Below, piece by piece: positions 1 through 8,532 of a stretch of DNA of 32,000 bases. The translations under genes were made by a program, and so were the position numbers. The DNA is from Geobacter metallireducens GS-15 (lineage in GTDB: Bacteria; Desulfobacterota; Desulfuromonadia; Geobacterales; Geobacteraceae). Every line of letters begins with the position of its first letter. Position 1 is the stretch's first letter. Where the stretch lies: NCBI RefSeq assembly GCF_000012925.1, contig NC_007517.1:900001-932000 (forward strand). The letters run 5' to 3'. The notes under the pieces are model-generated. The model was not told the origin of the DNA. It made no database searches and worked only from the letters and a program-made list of their open reading frames with translations.

Positions 1-2708
1 CCCCGGCCCTCTGCCTGAGCCAGGAGACCCGCGAGGCGATCTGCGCCGCGGCCCTCAAGATCGCCGGCCAGGTGGGATACCGCAATGCCGGTACTGTCGA
101 GTTCCTCCTGGACCAGGAGGGGAACTTCTTCTTCATCGAGATGAACCCCCGTATCCAGGTGGAGCACACGGTGACCGAAATGATCACCGGCCGCAACCTG
201 GTCCAGGCCCAGATCCTCGTGGCCGAGGGGAAAAAACTCTCCGATGCCCCCATCAACATCCCCAACCAGGAAGCCATCGCCATGCGGGGGTACGCCATCC
301 AGTGCCGGATCACCACCGAGGACCCGAACAACAACTTCGCCCCGGACTTCGGCACCATCACCACCTATCGCTCCTCGGCGGGTTTTGGAGTGCGGCTCGA
401 CGCCGGCAACGCCTTTACCGGTTCGGTGATCACTCCCCACTATGACTCGCTCCTCGTGAAGGTCACCTCCTGGGGGCTCACCTTCGACGAAGCAGCCCAC
501 ATCATGAACCGCTCGCTCCAGGAATTCCGGGTCCGGGGGGTCAAGACCAACATCGGCTTCCTGGAGAACGTCATCACCCACCGGGTCTTCCTCGACGGCA
601 AGTGTGATACCTCCTTCATCGAGAAACACTCGGAACTGCTGCAGATTATCGAGAAGAAGGACCGGGCCACGAAGGTTCTCAGCTTCCTCGGTGACGTCAT
701 CGTCAACGGTTCGCCGGGAATCACGAAGCCCCTCAAGTCGGCGGAGCTCATGGAGGCCCATGTGCCGGAGGTGGATCTCACCCAGCCCCGCCCCGCCGGG
801 AGCCGCGACCTCCTCATGAAGCTCGGGGCCGAAGGGCTCTCCAAGTGGATCCTTGAGCAGAAGAAGCTTCTCATCACCGACACCACCATGCGTGACGCCC
901 ACCAGTCGAACCTAGCCACCCGGGTCCGCACCTATGATCTCCTGAAGATTGCCGAGCCCACTTCCTATCTCGGTGCCGGGCTTTTCTCCATCGAGTGCTG
1001 GGGGGGCGCCACCTTCGACGTCTCCATGCGCTTCCTGAAGGAAGACCCGTGGCAGCGGCTCCACAAGCTCTCGGAAGCGATCCCCAACGTTCTCTTCCAG
1101 ATGCTCCTGCGGGGCTCCAACGCCGTGGGGTACACCAACTACCCGGACAACGTGGTGCAGCGCTTCGTGGAGGAGGCGGCCTCCTCCGGCATAGACATCT
1201 TCCGGGTCTTCGACTCCCTCAACTGGACCCGCGGCATGGCCGTAGCCATGGAGGCGGTCCGCAAGAGCGGCAAGATCTGCGAGGCGGCCATCTGCTACAC
1301 CGGCGACATCACCGATCCGACCCGGGACAAGTATCCCCTGGAATACTACGTGAACATGGCCAAGGAACTGGAGCAGATGGGGGCCCACATCCTCGCCATC
1401 AAGGACATGGCTGGCCTCCTGAAGCCCTTCGCCGCCTACAAACTGGTGAAGGCCCTCAAGGAGAACATCGGCATCCCGGTCCACCTCCATACTCACGACA
1501 CCTCCTCCAATGGGAGCGCCACGCTCCTCATGGCCTGCCAGGCAGGGGTCGACATCGTCGACGCGGCCCTGTCGTCCCTGTCGGGGCTCACGGCCCAACC
1601 GAACCTGAACGCCTTGGTGGCGGCCCTGAAGGGGACCGAGTGGGACACCCGGCTGGATGAGGACGGGCTCCAGAAACTGGCCAACTACTGGGAGACGGTG
1701 CGCGACTACTACGCCCCCTTCGAGTCAGGGCTCAAGAACGGCACCGCCGAGGTCTACCACCACGAGATTCCCGGCGGCCAGTACTCCAACTACAAGCCCC
1801 AGGTGGCCGGCCTCGGCCTCCTGGATCGCTGGGAGGAGTGCAAGGAGATGTACCACAAGGTGAACCTCCTCTTCGGCGACATCGTGAAGGTCACGCCGTC
1901 CTCCAAGGTGGTGGGGGATATGGCCATGTTCCTCGTGAAGAACAACCTGGATGTACAGGATGTCTTTACACAGGGTGATGAGCTTGCCTTCCCCGAGTCG
2001 GTCATCGGGATGTTCAAGGGGATGCTGGGCCAGCCTTACCAGGGATGGCCCCGGGAACTCCAGAAGATCATCCTGAAGGGAGATGAGCCCATCACCTGCC
2101 GCCCCGGCGAACTCCTGGAGCCGGCCAATTTCGACGAGGAGCGGGACAAGGTGGAGGAGAAGGTCGGCCACGCCGTGGACGACAAGGCGCTCATGAGCTA
2201 CATCATGTACCCCCACGTCTACCCGGAGTTCCACAAGCACCGCCATGAGTACTCCGACACCTCGGTCATCCCGACCCCCATCTTCTTCTACGGCCTGGAG
2301 CCGGGGCAGGAGACCTCCATCGAGATCGAGGCGGGCAAGACCCTCATCATCAAGCTGAACGCCATCGGCAAGGTCCACCCCGACGGCACCCGGCACATCT
2401 TCTTCGAGCTGAACGGCAATGCCCGGAGCGTGGTGGTACGCGACCAGTCGGTTCAGACCGACGAGTCGGTGCGCGAGAAGGCCGACAAGGGGAACGCCAA
2501 GCACGTGGGGGCGCCGATGCCGGGGAAGGTCCTGAAGCTCAACGTCAAGGTGGGCGACGAGGTCAAGGCCGGCGATGTCCTCATGGTCACCGAGGCCATG
2601 AAGATGGAGACCAACATCAAAGCCAAGGAGGACGGCATCGTCGCCGAGGTGAAGTTCAAGGAAGGCGACAAGGTGGAGAAGGAGGATCTTCTCATCGTTA
2701 TGGGGTAA
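1..2708 (+). CDS. pyc: Pyruvate carboxylase, 5'-truncated at the window edge (end of biotin carboxylase domain, carboxyltransferase domain, biotinyl carrier domain)
   Basis: Frame 3 is open from base 3 (PALCLSQETREAICAAALKIAGQVGYRNAGTVEF...). The M at 72 in the ORF track is an internal GTG. ATP-grasp motif NPRIQVEHTVTE, carboxyltransferase TIM-barrel region (LRGSNAVGY, HLHTHDTSS) and C-terminal biotin attachment motif EAMKMET are present. Stop TAA is at 2706-2708. Confidence 0.95.
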   Translation, partial: PALCLSQETREAICAAALKIAGQVGYRNAGTVEFLLDQEGNFFFIEMNPRIQVEHTVTEMITGRNLVQAQILVAEGKKLSDAPINIPNQEAIAMRGYAIQCRITTEDPNNNFAPDFGTITTYRSSAGFGVRLDAGNAFTGSVITPHYDSLLVKVTSWGLTFDEAAHIMNRSLQEFRVRGVKTNIGFLENVITHRVFLDGKCDTSFIEKHSELLQIIEKKDRATKVLSFLGDVIVNGSPGITKPLKSAELMEAHVPEVDLTQPRPAGSRDLLMKLGAEGLSKWILEQKKLLITDTTMRDAHQSNLATRVRTYDLLKIAEPTSYLGAGLFSIECWGGATFDVSMRFLKEDPWQRLHKLSEAIPNVLFQMLLRGSNAVGYTNYPDNVVQRFVEEAASSGIDIFRVFDSLNWTRGMAVAMEAVRKSGKICEAAICYTGDITDPTRDKYPLEYYVNMAKELEQMGAHILAIKDMAGLLKPFAAYKLVKALKENIGIPVHLHTHDTSSNGSATLLMACQAGVDIVDAALSSLSGLTAQPNLNALVAALKGTEWDTRLDEDGLQKLANYWETVRDYYAPFESGLKNGTAEVYHHEIPGGQYSNYKPQVAGLGLLDRWEECKEMYHKVNLLFGDIVKVTPSSKVVGDMAMFLVKNNLDVQDVFTQGDELAFPESVIGMFKGMLGQPYQGWPRELQKIILKGDEPITCRPGELLEPANFDEERDKVEEKVGHAVDDKALMSYIMYPHVYPEFHKHRHEYSDTSVIPTPIFFYGLEPGQETSIEIEAGKTLIIKLNAIGKVHPDGTRHIFFELNGNARSVVVRDQSVQTDESVREKADKGNAKHVGAPMPGKVLKLNVKVGDEVKAGDVLMVTEAMKMETNIKAKEDGIVAEVKFKEGDKVEKEDLLIVMG

Positions 2709-2759
2709 ACCGCTCCTAACGGAAAACACTCGAAACCGCCGCGGTAACGTGGTATTAAA

Positions 2760-2791
2760 GGGGGGCCGCCCATGAGGCGGTTCCCCTTTTT
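2760..2791 (+). terminator. Rho-independent terminator after pyc
   Basis: GGGGGGCCGCC (2760-2770) pairs with GGCGGTTCCCC (2776-2786), including two G-U pairs, around loop CATGA. The stem is followed by TTTTT (2787-2791). Confidence 0.6.
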
Positions 2792-2865
2792 CTATAACGG
2801 GAATTTAGTTCTACGACCATAACGGGGACAAATCCCACTACCATGCAAGGAAGGAGATACAGAAC

Positions 2866-3252
2866 GTGTCCAAAAAACCGGAAGTGACCTTCAAGTACAT
2901 CTTCACCTACGACTACAACCCGGTCTACGTGAACGGCGCCCATGGCGGCGTCTCTCCCCGGGGCGACCTGGTCGTGAACTTCTACCTGGAGCGACCGCCG
3001 CTCCCCAACGAGATCACCCACGAGGTGAACCCCAACGGCACCATCGGCGCCGAGACCGGCGTGGAGCCCGAGGATTTCGCCCAGAGCCTCGTGCGCTTCG
3101 TTCCCACCGGCGTGGTCCTCAACTACCAGACCGCCCGCGAACTCCACCACTGGCTCGGCGAGAAGGTCCGGGAGCTGGAGACCCTGGAGCAGCACAAGGC
3201 AGCCATGCGCGCCGCGGCCCAGCAGCCCGGCGGTGAGGGCGTGCAGCACTAA
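2866..3252 (+). CDS. Small conserved hypothetical protein (128 aa), possibly DUF3467-like
   Basis: GTG start lies 8 nt after SD AAGGAAGGAGA. GC3 codon bias is strong throughout. The pattern Y-x-N...(D)L-x-x-(N)F...(R)-V/F-V-x-x...A-x-x-L-x-x-x-L-x-x-x-V-x-x-x-E recalls DUF3467, from memory only. Confidence 0.7.
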   Translation: MSKKPEVTFKYIFTYDYNPVYVNGAHGGVSPRGDLVVNFYLERPPLPNEITHEVNPNGTIGAETGVEPEDFAQSLVRFVPTGVVLNYQTARELHHWLGEKVRELETLEQHKAAMRAAAQQPGGEGVQH

Positions 3253-3264
3253 GTCTGGAATGAT

Positions 3265-3300
3265 GAGGGGAAGGGGTGATTGTGCCGCCTCCCCTTTTTT
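3265..3300 (+). terminator. Weak terminator-like hairpin with T-run
   Basis: AAGGGG (3271-3276) can pair with CCCCTT (3291-3296), and a run of six T (3295-3300) includes the last two stem bases. The stem is short and the loop long (14 nt), so support is weak. Confidence 0.3.
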
Positions 3301-3341
3301 GTCCCGGCATGCCGGGAAACTCTGCCGGAAGGAGAACCGAG

Positions 3342-4190
3342 ATGACGAACGTTTCACGGATGGTGGCGGGAGGAGCCCTCTGTCTATTCCTGGCGATTCC
3401 GCTGGCGACCTTTGCCGACGGAGCGAAGGTGACGCAGTTGGAGCCCCCCCGTAAGGAGGGAGGTGTGCCCCTCATGGATGCCCTGCGGGAGCGCAAGAGC
3501 GTGCGGGAGTTCAGTGGAGAAGCTCTTTCTCCACGCCAACTTTCGGACCTTCTCTGGGCCGCTTTCGGTATCAATCGCCCTGAGAAGGGTGGGCGCACCG
3601 CCCCCTCTGCCATGAATCGGCAGGAGATCGACGTTTACGTGGCCACCTCCGATGGCCTCTATCTCTACGACGCCCGGGGGCACCGGCTGATCCAGGAGGG
3701 GACCAGGGATATCAGGGCGCTGACCGGCCGGCAGCCCTTTGTGGCAGAAGCCCCGGTAAATCTCATCTACGTGGCCGATTATGGTCAGATGGGAGAGGCC
3801 TCCCTGGAGGAGAAGGCCTTTTATGCAGCCGCCGATGCCGGCGCCATCAGCCAGAACGTCTATCTCTTCTGCGCCTCCGAGGGGCTTGCCACCGTGGCGC
3901 GGGCATCCATTGATTCCCCGGCCCTGGCAAAGGCCATGGGGCTGCGCAACGAGCAGCGGATCGTCCTTGCGCAGTCGGTGGGGGTGCCGAAGGTGAAGGC
4001 CGGCGTTACGAAACCCTCGAAGCATCTCACCCCTCCGGAGCAGATCTGGTCGACTCCTGCCCGGCTCGCAGACCCTCCCACATCGGGAGCCCCTGAGGAT
4101 GCGGTGACGTTGCCGAAAAAGTCGTCCGAGCATCCGCGCAATCCCCTCGGTCAGCCGAAGCTGACGATCGAGAAGCCCACGGAATACTGA
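3342..4190 (+). CDS. Nitroreductase-family (SagB/ThcOx-like subgroup) protein with N-terminal signal peptide and Pro-rich C-terminal tail
   Basis: ATG 3342 is preceded by SD GGAAGGAG (3328-3335). The longer track ORF from 3276 has no SD. Signal-like N-terminus is MTNVSRMVAGGALCLFLAIPLATFA/DG. Nitroreductase-fold motifs are RKSVREFSGEALSPRQLSDLLWAAFG, GRTAPSAMNRQ and DGLYLYDARGHRL. Confidence 0.8.
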   Translation: MTNVSRMVAGGALCLFLAIPLATFADGAKVTQLEPPRKEGGVPLMDALRERKSVREFSGEALSPRQLSDLLWAAFGINRPEKGGRTAPSAMNRQEIDVYVATSDGLYLYDARGHRLIQEGTRDIRALTGRQPFVAEAPVNLIYVADYGQMGEASLEEKAFYAAADAGAISQNVYLFCASEGLATVARASIDSPALAKAMGLRNEQRIVLAQSVGVPKVKAGVTKPSKHLTPPEQIWSTPARLADPPTSGAPEDAVTLPKKSSEHPRNPLGQPKLTIEKPTEY

Positions 4191-4214
4191 TCTCCAGTTG
4201 CTTGCATCAATAGA

Positions 4215-4244
4215 AAAAGCCTGCCGGATAACTGGCAGGCTTTT
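4215..4244. terminator. Bidirectional Rho-independent terminator between convergent genes
   Basis: AAAAGCCTGCC (4215-4225) and GGCAGGCTTTT (4234-4244) form a perfect inverted repeat around loop GGATAACT. It has an A-run on one side and a T-run on the other. Confidence 0.75.
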
Positions 4245-4270
4245 CTGCGTCTGGATTGGAAAATAGTCGG

Positions 4271-5554
4271 CTACTTCTGGCTTGCAGCCAGGGCCTGGTC
4301 CACGTCGGCGATGATGTCGTCGATGTGCTCGATGCCGACGGAGAGGCGGATCAGGTCCGGCGTGACACCGGAGGCGGTCTGCTGCTCGGCGGTTAGCTGG
4401 CGGTGGGTGGTACTGGCCGGGTGAAGGACGCAGCTGCGGGCGTCCCCCACGTGGACCACGAGGGCCACGAGCCGGCACGCCTCCATGAACTTCTTGCCGG
4501 CCTCGGTGCCCCCCTTGATGCCGAAGGTGAGGACGCCGCTGCATCCTTGCGGCAGGTACTTTTGCGCCCGGTCGTGGCTGGCGTGGCTTGAGAGACCGGG
4601 GTACTTGACCCAACTGACCGATGGGTGGCTTTCCAGGAACTGGGCCAGGGCCAGGGCGTTGTCGCTGTGGCGCTGCATCCGGAGCGGCAGGGTCTGGAGG
4701 CCGTTGGTGAAGAGGAATGAGTTGAAGGGGCTCGGCGTGGTGCCGATGTCGCGCATGAGCTGGACCCGGGCCTTGATGATGTAAGCCAGGTTCCCGAAGG
4801 TCTTCACGTACTGGAGGCCATGGTAGGAGGAGTCGGGCTCGGTCAGCTCAGGGAAGCGGCCGTTCCCCCAGTCGAAGTTCCCCCCGTCCACGATGACGCC
4901 GCCGACGCTGGTGGCGAGACCGTCGATGTATTTCGTGGCCGAGTGGACCACCACGTTGGCCCCGTGCTCGAAGGGGCGGCAGAGGTAGGGAGTGGCGAAG
5001 GTGCTGTCGATGATGAGTGGCACCCCCTTCTCCTGGGCGATGGCGCTGAATTTGGCGAAGTCCAGGACGTTCAGGCCGGGGTTGCCGATGGTCTCGGCGA
5101 AGAGGGCCTTGGTGTTGGGGCGGAAGGCGGCGAGGATCTCGTCGGCCGGGGCCTCCGGGTCCACGAAGGACACTTCGATCCCCATCTTGGGGAGGGTGCA
5201 GGCGAAGAGGTTGTAGGTGCCGCCATAGAGGGTGCTGGCGGTCACGAAGTGCTGGCCCGCCTGGCAAATGTTGAAGATGGAAAGGGTTGTGGCCGCCTGG
5301 CCGGCGGAGGTGGCCAGGGCCCCGACTCCCCCCTCCATCATGGCCAGCTTCTGCTCGAAGGCGTCGGTGGTGGGGTTGCCCAGGCGGGTATAGAAAAAGC
5401 CGGGCTCTTCCAGGTCGAAGAGCTTCGTCACGTGGTCGGCATTGTCGTACTTGAAGGTGGTGCTCTGGCAGATGGTGACGACGCGGGGGTCGCCCGCCTT
5501 GGGGGTGTATCCCCCCTGGATGGCCTGGGTCTCGATCTTCCACGAACTGCTCAT
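4271..5554 (-). CDS. metY: O-acetylhomoserine sulfhydrylase (Cys/Met-metabolism PLP enzyme)
   Basis: 427 aa with typical N-terminus (ETQAIQGGYTP), PLP-lysine motif SATKYIDG and C-terminal RLSVGIE motif. Confidence 0.92.
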   Translation of the reverse strand: MSSSWKIETQAIQGGYTPKAGDPRVVTICQSTTFKYDNADHVTKLFDLEEPGFFYTRLGNPTTDAFEQKLAMMEGGVGALATSAGQAATTLSIFNICQAGQHFVTASTLYGGTYNLFACTLPKMGIEVSFVDPEAPADEILAAFRPNTKALFAETIGNPGLNVLDFAKFSAIAQEKGVPLIIDSTFATPYLCRPFEHGANVVVHSATKYIDGLATSVGGVIVDGGNFDWGNGRFPELTEPDSSYHGLQYVKTFGNLAYIIKARVQLMRDIGTTPSPFNSFLFTNGLQTLPLRMQRHSDNALALAQFLESHPSVSWVKYPGLSSHASHDRAQKYLPQGCSGVLTFGIKGGTEAGKKFMEACRLVALVVHVGDARSCVLHPASTTHRQLTAEQQTASGVTPDLIRLSVGIEHIDDIIADVDQALAASQK

Positions 5555-5623
5555 GGCGGTCTCCTTTCAACGAGTAATGGGACCGCGATGATACCAAAGA
5601 ATTTCCGTACGGGAAACCCGGAT

Positions 5624-5887
5624 TTAATGCAGCTCCATCTCCCGCGCCACCTGGCCCAGCATCCGCCGGATGGTCCGCTCGTCCACGAAGCTGAAGAGGT
5701 CCCCCTTGCCGAAATTCACGTCGGTCCAGTCGCGCCAGCTCCGAATGGTGACCGGCACCTCGCTGACCCCGTTCCCCAGGAGGCCGTGGAGGATATGCTC
5801 CTGTCCGCCGGCCCGACGGGGATGCTCCGTTTTGCGGAGATCGAAGTAGACTGCCTGGTCGAACTGGTCTGTGGTGAGATAGATCAT
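5624..5887 (-). CDS. Hypothetical protein (87 aa), no family recognised
   Basis: SD GGAGG lies 6 nt upstream of ATG 5887. GC3 bias is strong across the whole ORF. The gene lies 69 nt upstream of metY on the same strand. Confidence 0.6.
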   Translation of the reverse strand: MIYLTTDQFDQAVYFDLRKTEHPRRAGGQEHILHGLLGNGVSEVPVTIRSWRDWTDVNFGKGDLFSFVDERTIRRMLGQVAREMELH

Positions 5888-5949
5888 GACGCACCTCCCG
5901 GTTGTGTGATAATGACAGTAAACCCGAGAGGTGCGACATAATACGTCGT

Positions 5950-7587
5950 TTATACCTTGAACTGCCCCACGAGCCCCTGCAGTTCCGTTGCCAGGTCTGT
6001 CAGCCTGCTTGCCGCCGTGGCGGATTCCTGGGCGCCGCGAGCCGTGGCTTCCACCACCGTCGTGATCTGCTGGATGTTGTTGGTGATCTCGGCGGTGGTG
6101 GCGGTCTGCTCTTCCGCTGCTGTGGCGATTTGGCTCACCTGGCCGGTTACGCCGGTGATCCTGTCGAGAATCTCCCGCAGGGCATCGCCCGACTTGGCCG
6201 CTTCAGCGGTGCCGCTGGCCACCTCTTTGACCCCTTCTTCCATGGAAGAGACTGCCCGCCCGGTTTCCTGCTGGATCCCCTTGATCATCTCGCCGATCTC
6301 CCGGGTCGCCTTCGTGGTCCGTTCGGCCAGGGCTCGCACTTCGTCGGCAACCACGGCAAACCCTCGCCCCTGCTCCCCGGCCCTGGCTGCCTCGATGGCC
6401 GCGTTCAGGGCCAGCAGGTTGGTCTGATCGGCAATGTCCTGGATGGTGCCGATGATTTCGCCGATCTGATCCCCGCGGGCTCCCAGCCCTTCAACGGTGT
6501 GGGCTGCCTCTTTCACCCGCTCGGCAATGCGGTTCATCACTGCTACGGTCTGCTCAACCACCTGGCTGCCGCCTGATGCCGAACCGCTTGCCTCCCGCGA
6601 TCCTTCCGCCGCCAGCATGCAGTTGTTGGCGATTTCGTTGGATGTCGCCGCCATCTCCTCGCTGGCGGTGGCAACCGTTCCGGCCTGGGCCGCCACTTCC
6701 TCGGCGCCGGTGGCCATCTGCTCGGAAGAGGAATAGACCTGGCCGGCTGCCGCAGCCACCTGGGCCGTGTTATCCGCCACCATGGCAATGGTCTTCTGGA
6801 GCTTCTCGACAAAGAGGTTGAAGGAGCGCCCCAGGTGCCCCAGTTCATCGTCGGAGCGGACTTCGATCCGCCTGGTCAGGTCGCCTTCCCCCTGGGCAAT
6901 GTCGTCCATCATGACGTTCATCGCCCGCAGCGGTTTGGTGATGCCGCGGGTAATGACCACGGTTATAACCACGGCGAGCACTAGAGCAGCGAACAGGCAG
7001 ATGACTATTGTCGTAACCGATCTCTGCCCGATGGCGTCGACTTCCTTGGTCTTCTTGTCGCTCATCTCGTAGGCCGCCCGGTTTCCTTCCGTGGACAGTT
7101 TTTCAATGGCTTGGGCCGCCTCCTTGACCGGTTTCATCGCCTCGTTTGCCTGCTGGGTGCTGGTGATGGCGCCGGATTTGATCTGCCCCATGAGCTGCCC
7201 GAAACCGTCAACGTATTGTTTGTAGTTTTCCTGTATCGCGGCGTACTGACCCTTTTCCTTGTCGTCCAGCTTCAGTTTGCCCAACTTGCCAAGCCACTCA
7301 TCGAGACGCCCCTTTTTCTCGGTCCATTTCTTTTCGTATTCCGCGATCTTATCGGGATTGTTTATGTTGATGAACGCGTCCTTTTCATACATCCTCATGT
7401 AGAGGATATTGGCCCTCACCCGGGAAAAGTATTCACCGATCTTGACCTCCTGGGAGAGAATCTCGTTGCTGGCCTTGTCGATCTTTTCGACTCCCAGAAA
7501 TCCCGCGCCCCCGGTAATCACCAGCAGCAGCACCACAAGTCCGAACCCCAGACCGAGCCGCGTTCCGATCTTCATACGATGTAACAT
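5950..7587 (-). CDS. Methyl-accepting chemotaxis protein (TM - periplasmic helical sensor - TM - HAMP - MA domain)
   Basis: TM1 is [22 protein letters not shown] and TM2 is [27 protein letters not shown] region follows TM2. The signalling hairpin [38 protein letters not shown] is conserved. SD AAGGAGA lies 5 nt upstream of ATG 7587. Confidence 0.93.
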   Translation of the reverse strand: MLHRMKIGTRLGLGFGLVVLLLVITGGAGFLGVEKIDKASNEILSQEVKIGEYFSRVRANILYMRMYEKDAFININNPDKIAEYEKKWTEKKGRLDEWLGKLGKLKLDDKEKGQYAAIQENYKQYVDGFGQLMGQIKSGAITSTQQANEAMKPVKEAAQAIEKLSTEGNRAAYEMSDKKTKEVDAIGQRSVTTIVICLFAALVLAVVITVVITRGITKPLRAMNVMMDDIAQGEGDLTRRIEVRSDDELGHLGRSFNLFVEKLQKTIAMVADNTAQVAAAAGQVYSSSEQMATGAEEVAAQAGTVATASEEMAATSNEIANNCMLAAEGSREASGSASGGSQVVEQTVAVMNRIAERVKEAAHTVEGLGARGDQIGEIIGTIQDIADQTNLLALNAAIEAARAGEQGRGFAVVADEVRALAERTTKATREIGEMIKGIQQETGRAVSSMEEGVKEVASGTAEAAKSGDALREILDRITGVTGQVSQIATAAEEQTATTAEITNNIQQITTVVEATARGAQESATAASRLTDLATELQGLVGQFKV

Positions 7588-7699
7588 GTCATTCTCCTTG
7601 GCTGATGTTCTTGCGCACAGTTAGTTCCTTGGAATTACGAGGAAAAAGTTCAGTTTTCAGTAGTATTTATCGGTAAAAGTTTGCGGGGCTTGAGAAAAT

Positions 7700-7727
7700 T
7701 TTACAGTCATTTAATGCTGGTTATAGA
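7700..7727 (+). promoter_or_regulatory. Candidate sigma70 promoter for the phosphatidyltransferase gene
   Basis: TTTACA (7700-7705), 16-nt spacer, TATAGA (7722-7727), inside an AT-rich 240-bp divergent intergenic region. Confidence 0.25.
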
Positions 7728-7830
7728 GGAATAAATAAGGGCGCGAAGTGGCGAGAGTAGACGGATGATGTTTCTTTGGGTATCATAAGAACAACGTTTT
7801 AAGGTCTGAAAGTGTAACAAAATACCATCA

Positions 7831-8427
7831 ATGGGCACTGTATCAGTCAATGAATCCGAAGGCCGAGGCGCCGCCACTGTGAACGGCATTGTGACCATAC
7901 CCAACGCGTTGACGGCGCTCCGGATAGTCCTGGTTCCCGCTCTCATCACGTTTCTTCTGGACGGAAACTTCCGGGCGGCCCTGACGGTTTTCCTCGTGGC
8001 AGGCGTGAGCGATGCCCTCGACGGTTTCATCGCCCGGCGCTTCAACCAGCAAAGCCGCCTCGGTTCGTTCCTCGATCCGCTGGCCGACAAGCTCCTGGTG
8101 GTTACCTCATCCCTTGTTCTTGCGGCCATCGGGCGGCTGCCATGGTGGCTCGCTCTGGTCATTGTCGGCCGTGACCTGGTAATCGTTGCCGGTGCAATCG
8201 CCTATTACGGCCGCACGGGAACCCTGGAGATGGATCCCAGCATTGCCAGCAAGGCCAATACCTTTGTGCAGATATCCCTGATCCTGACGGTGCTCGCCCA
8301 TGGGGCGGGGATGGAATTCCTTGGAGTTGTGCTGAAGCCCCTCTTTGTTCTTGCGCTCGCGATGACACTGGTTTCGGGGGGAGACTACATGGTGGTGTGG
8401 GGACGCCGGGCTTTCAGGAAAAACTGA
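7831..8427 (+). CDS. CDP-alcohol phosphatidyltransferase (PgsA / ClsU-like)
   Basis: Complete signature D-x2-D-G-x2-A-R-x8-G-x3-D-x3-D in DALDGFIARRFNQQSRLGSFLDPLADKL. The protein is multi-pass hydrophobic. The start has no obvious SD, so its position is uncertain. Confidence 0.85.
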   Translation: MGTVSVNESEGRGAATVNGIVTIPNALTALRIVLVPALITFLLDGNFRAALTVFLVAGVSDALDGFIARRFNQQSRLGSFLDPLADKLLVVTSSLVLAAIGRLPWWLALVIVGRDLVIVAGAIAYYGRTGTLEMDPSIASKANTFVQISLILTVLAHGAGMEFLGVVLKPLFVLALAMTLVSGGDYMVVWGRRAFRKN

Positions 8428-8460
8428 GCGATTGGGGAGAACAGCCAGCCGTGAGTAGTA

Positions 8461-8490
8461 TTGACATGATTCCTCCTCAGGTGGTATTAG
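8461..8490 (+). promoter_or_regulatory. Candidate sigma70 promoter for the SDR gene
   Basis: TTGACA (8461-8466), 18-nt spacer, TATTAG (8485-8490). Confidence 0.35.
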
Positions 8491-8532
8491 AGCTGATTCG
8501 CTAATGAGCGGCGGTTATGGGGTGCCGGTGTC

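Noticed and set aside
5555-5623. SAM/SAH riboswitch upstream of metY
   Set aside because: The gap to the preceding ORF is only 69 nt and shows no multi-stem structure or conserved SAM-I/SAM-II/SAH core sequences.
5624-5887. Barstar-like or sulfur-carrier (HcyS/ThiS-like) identity for the 87-aa ORF next to metY
   Set aside because: It lacks the barstar (Y/F)G-x-N-x-D-A-L-x-D motif. It ends in MELH rather than the C-terminal Gly-Gly required for thiocarboxylate carriers.
7667-7674. Possible sigma28 (FliA) promoter for the MCP: minus-strand ACCGATAA resembling the GCCGATAA -10 element
   Set aside because: No TAAA-type -35 element lies at the required spacing of about 15 nt upstream. The nearest TAAA is about 26 nt away. 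A single half-match in an AT-rich region is not enough.
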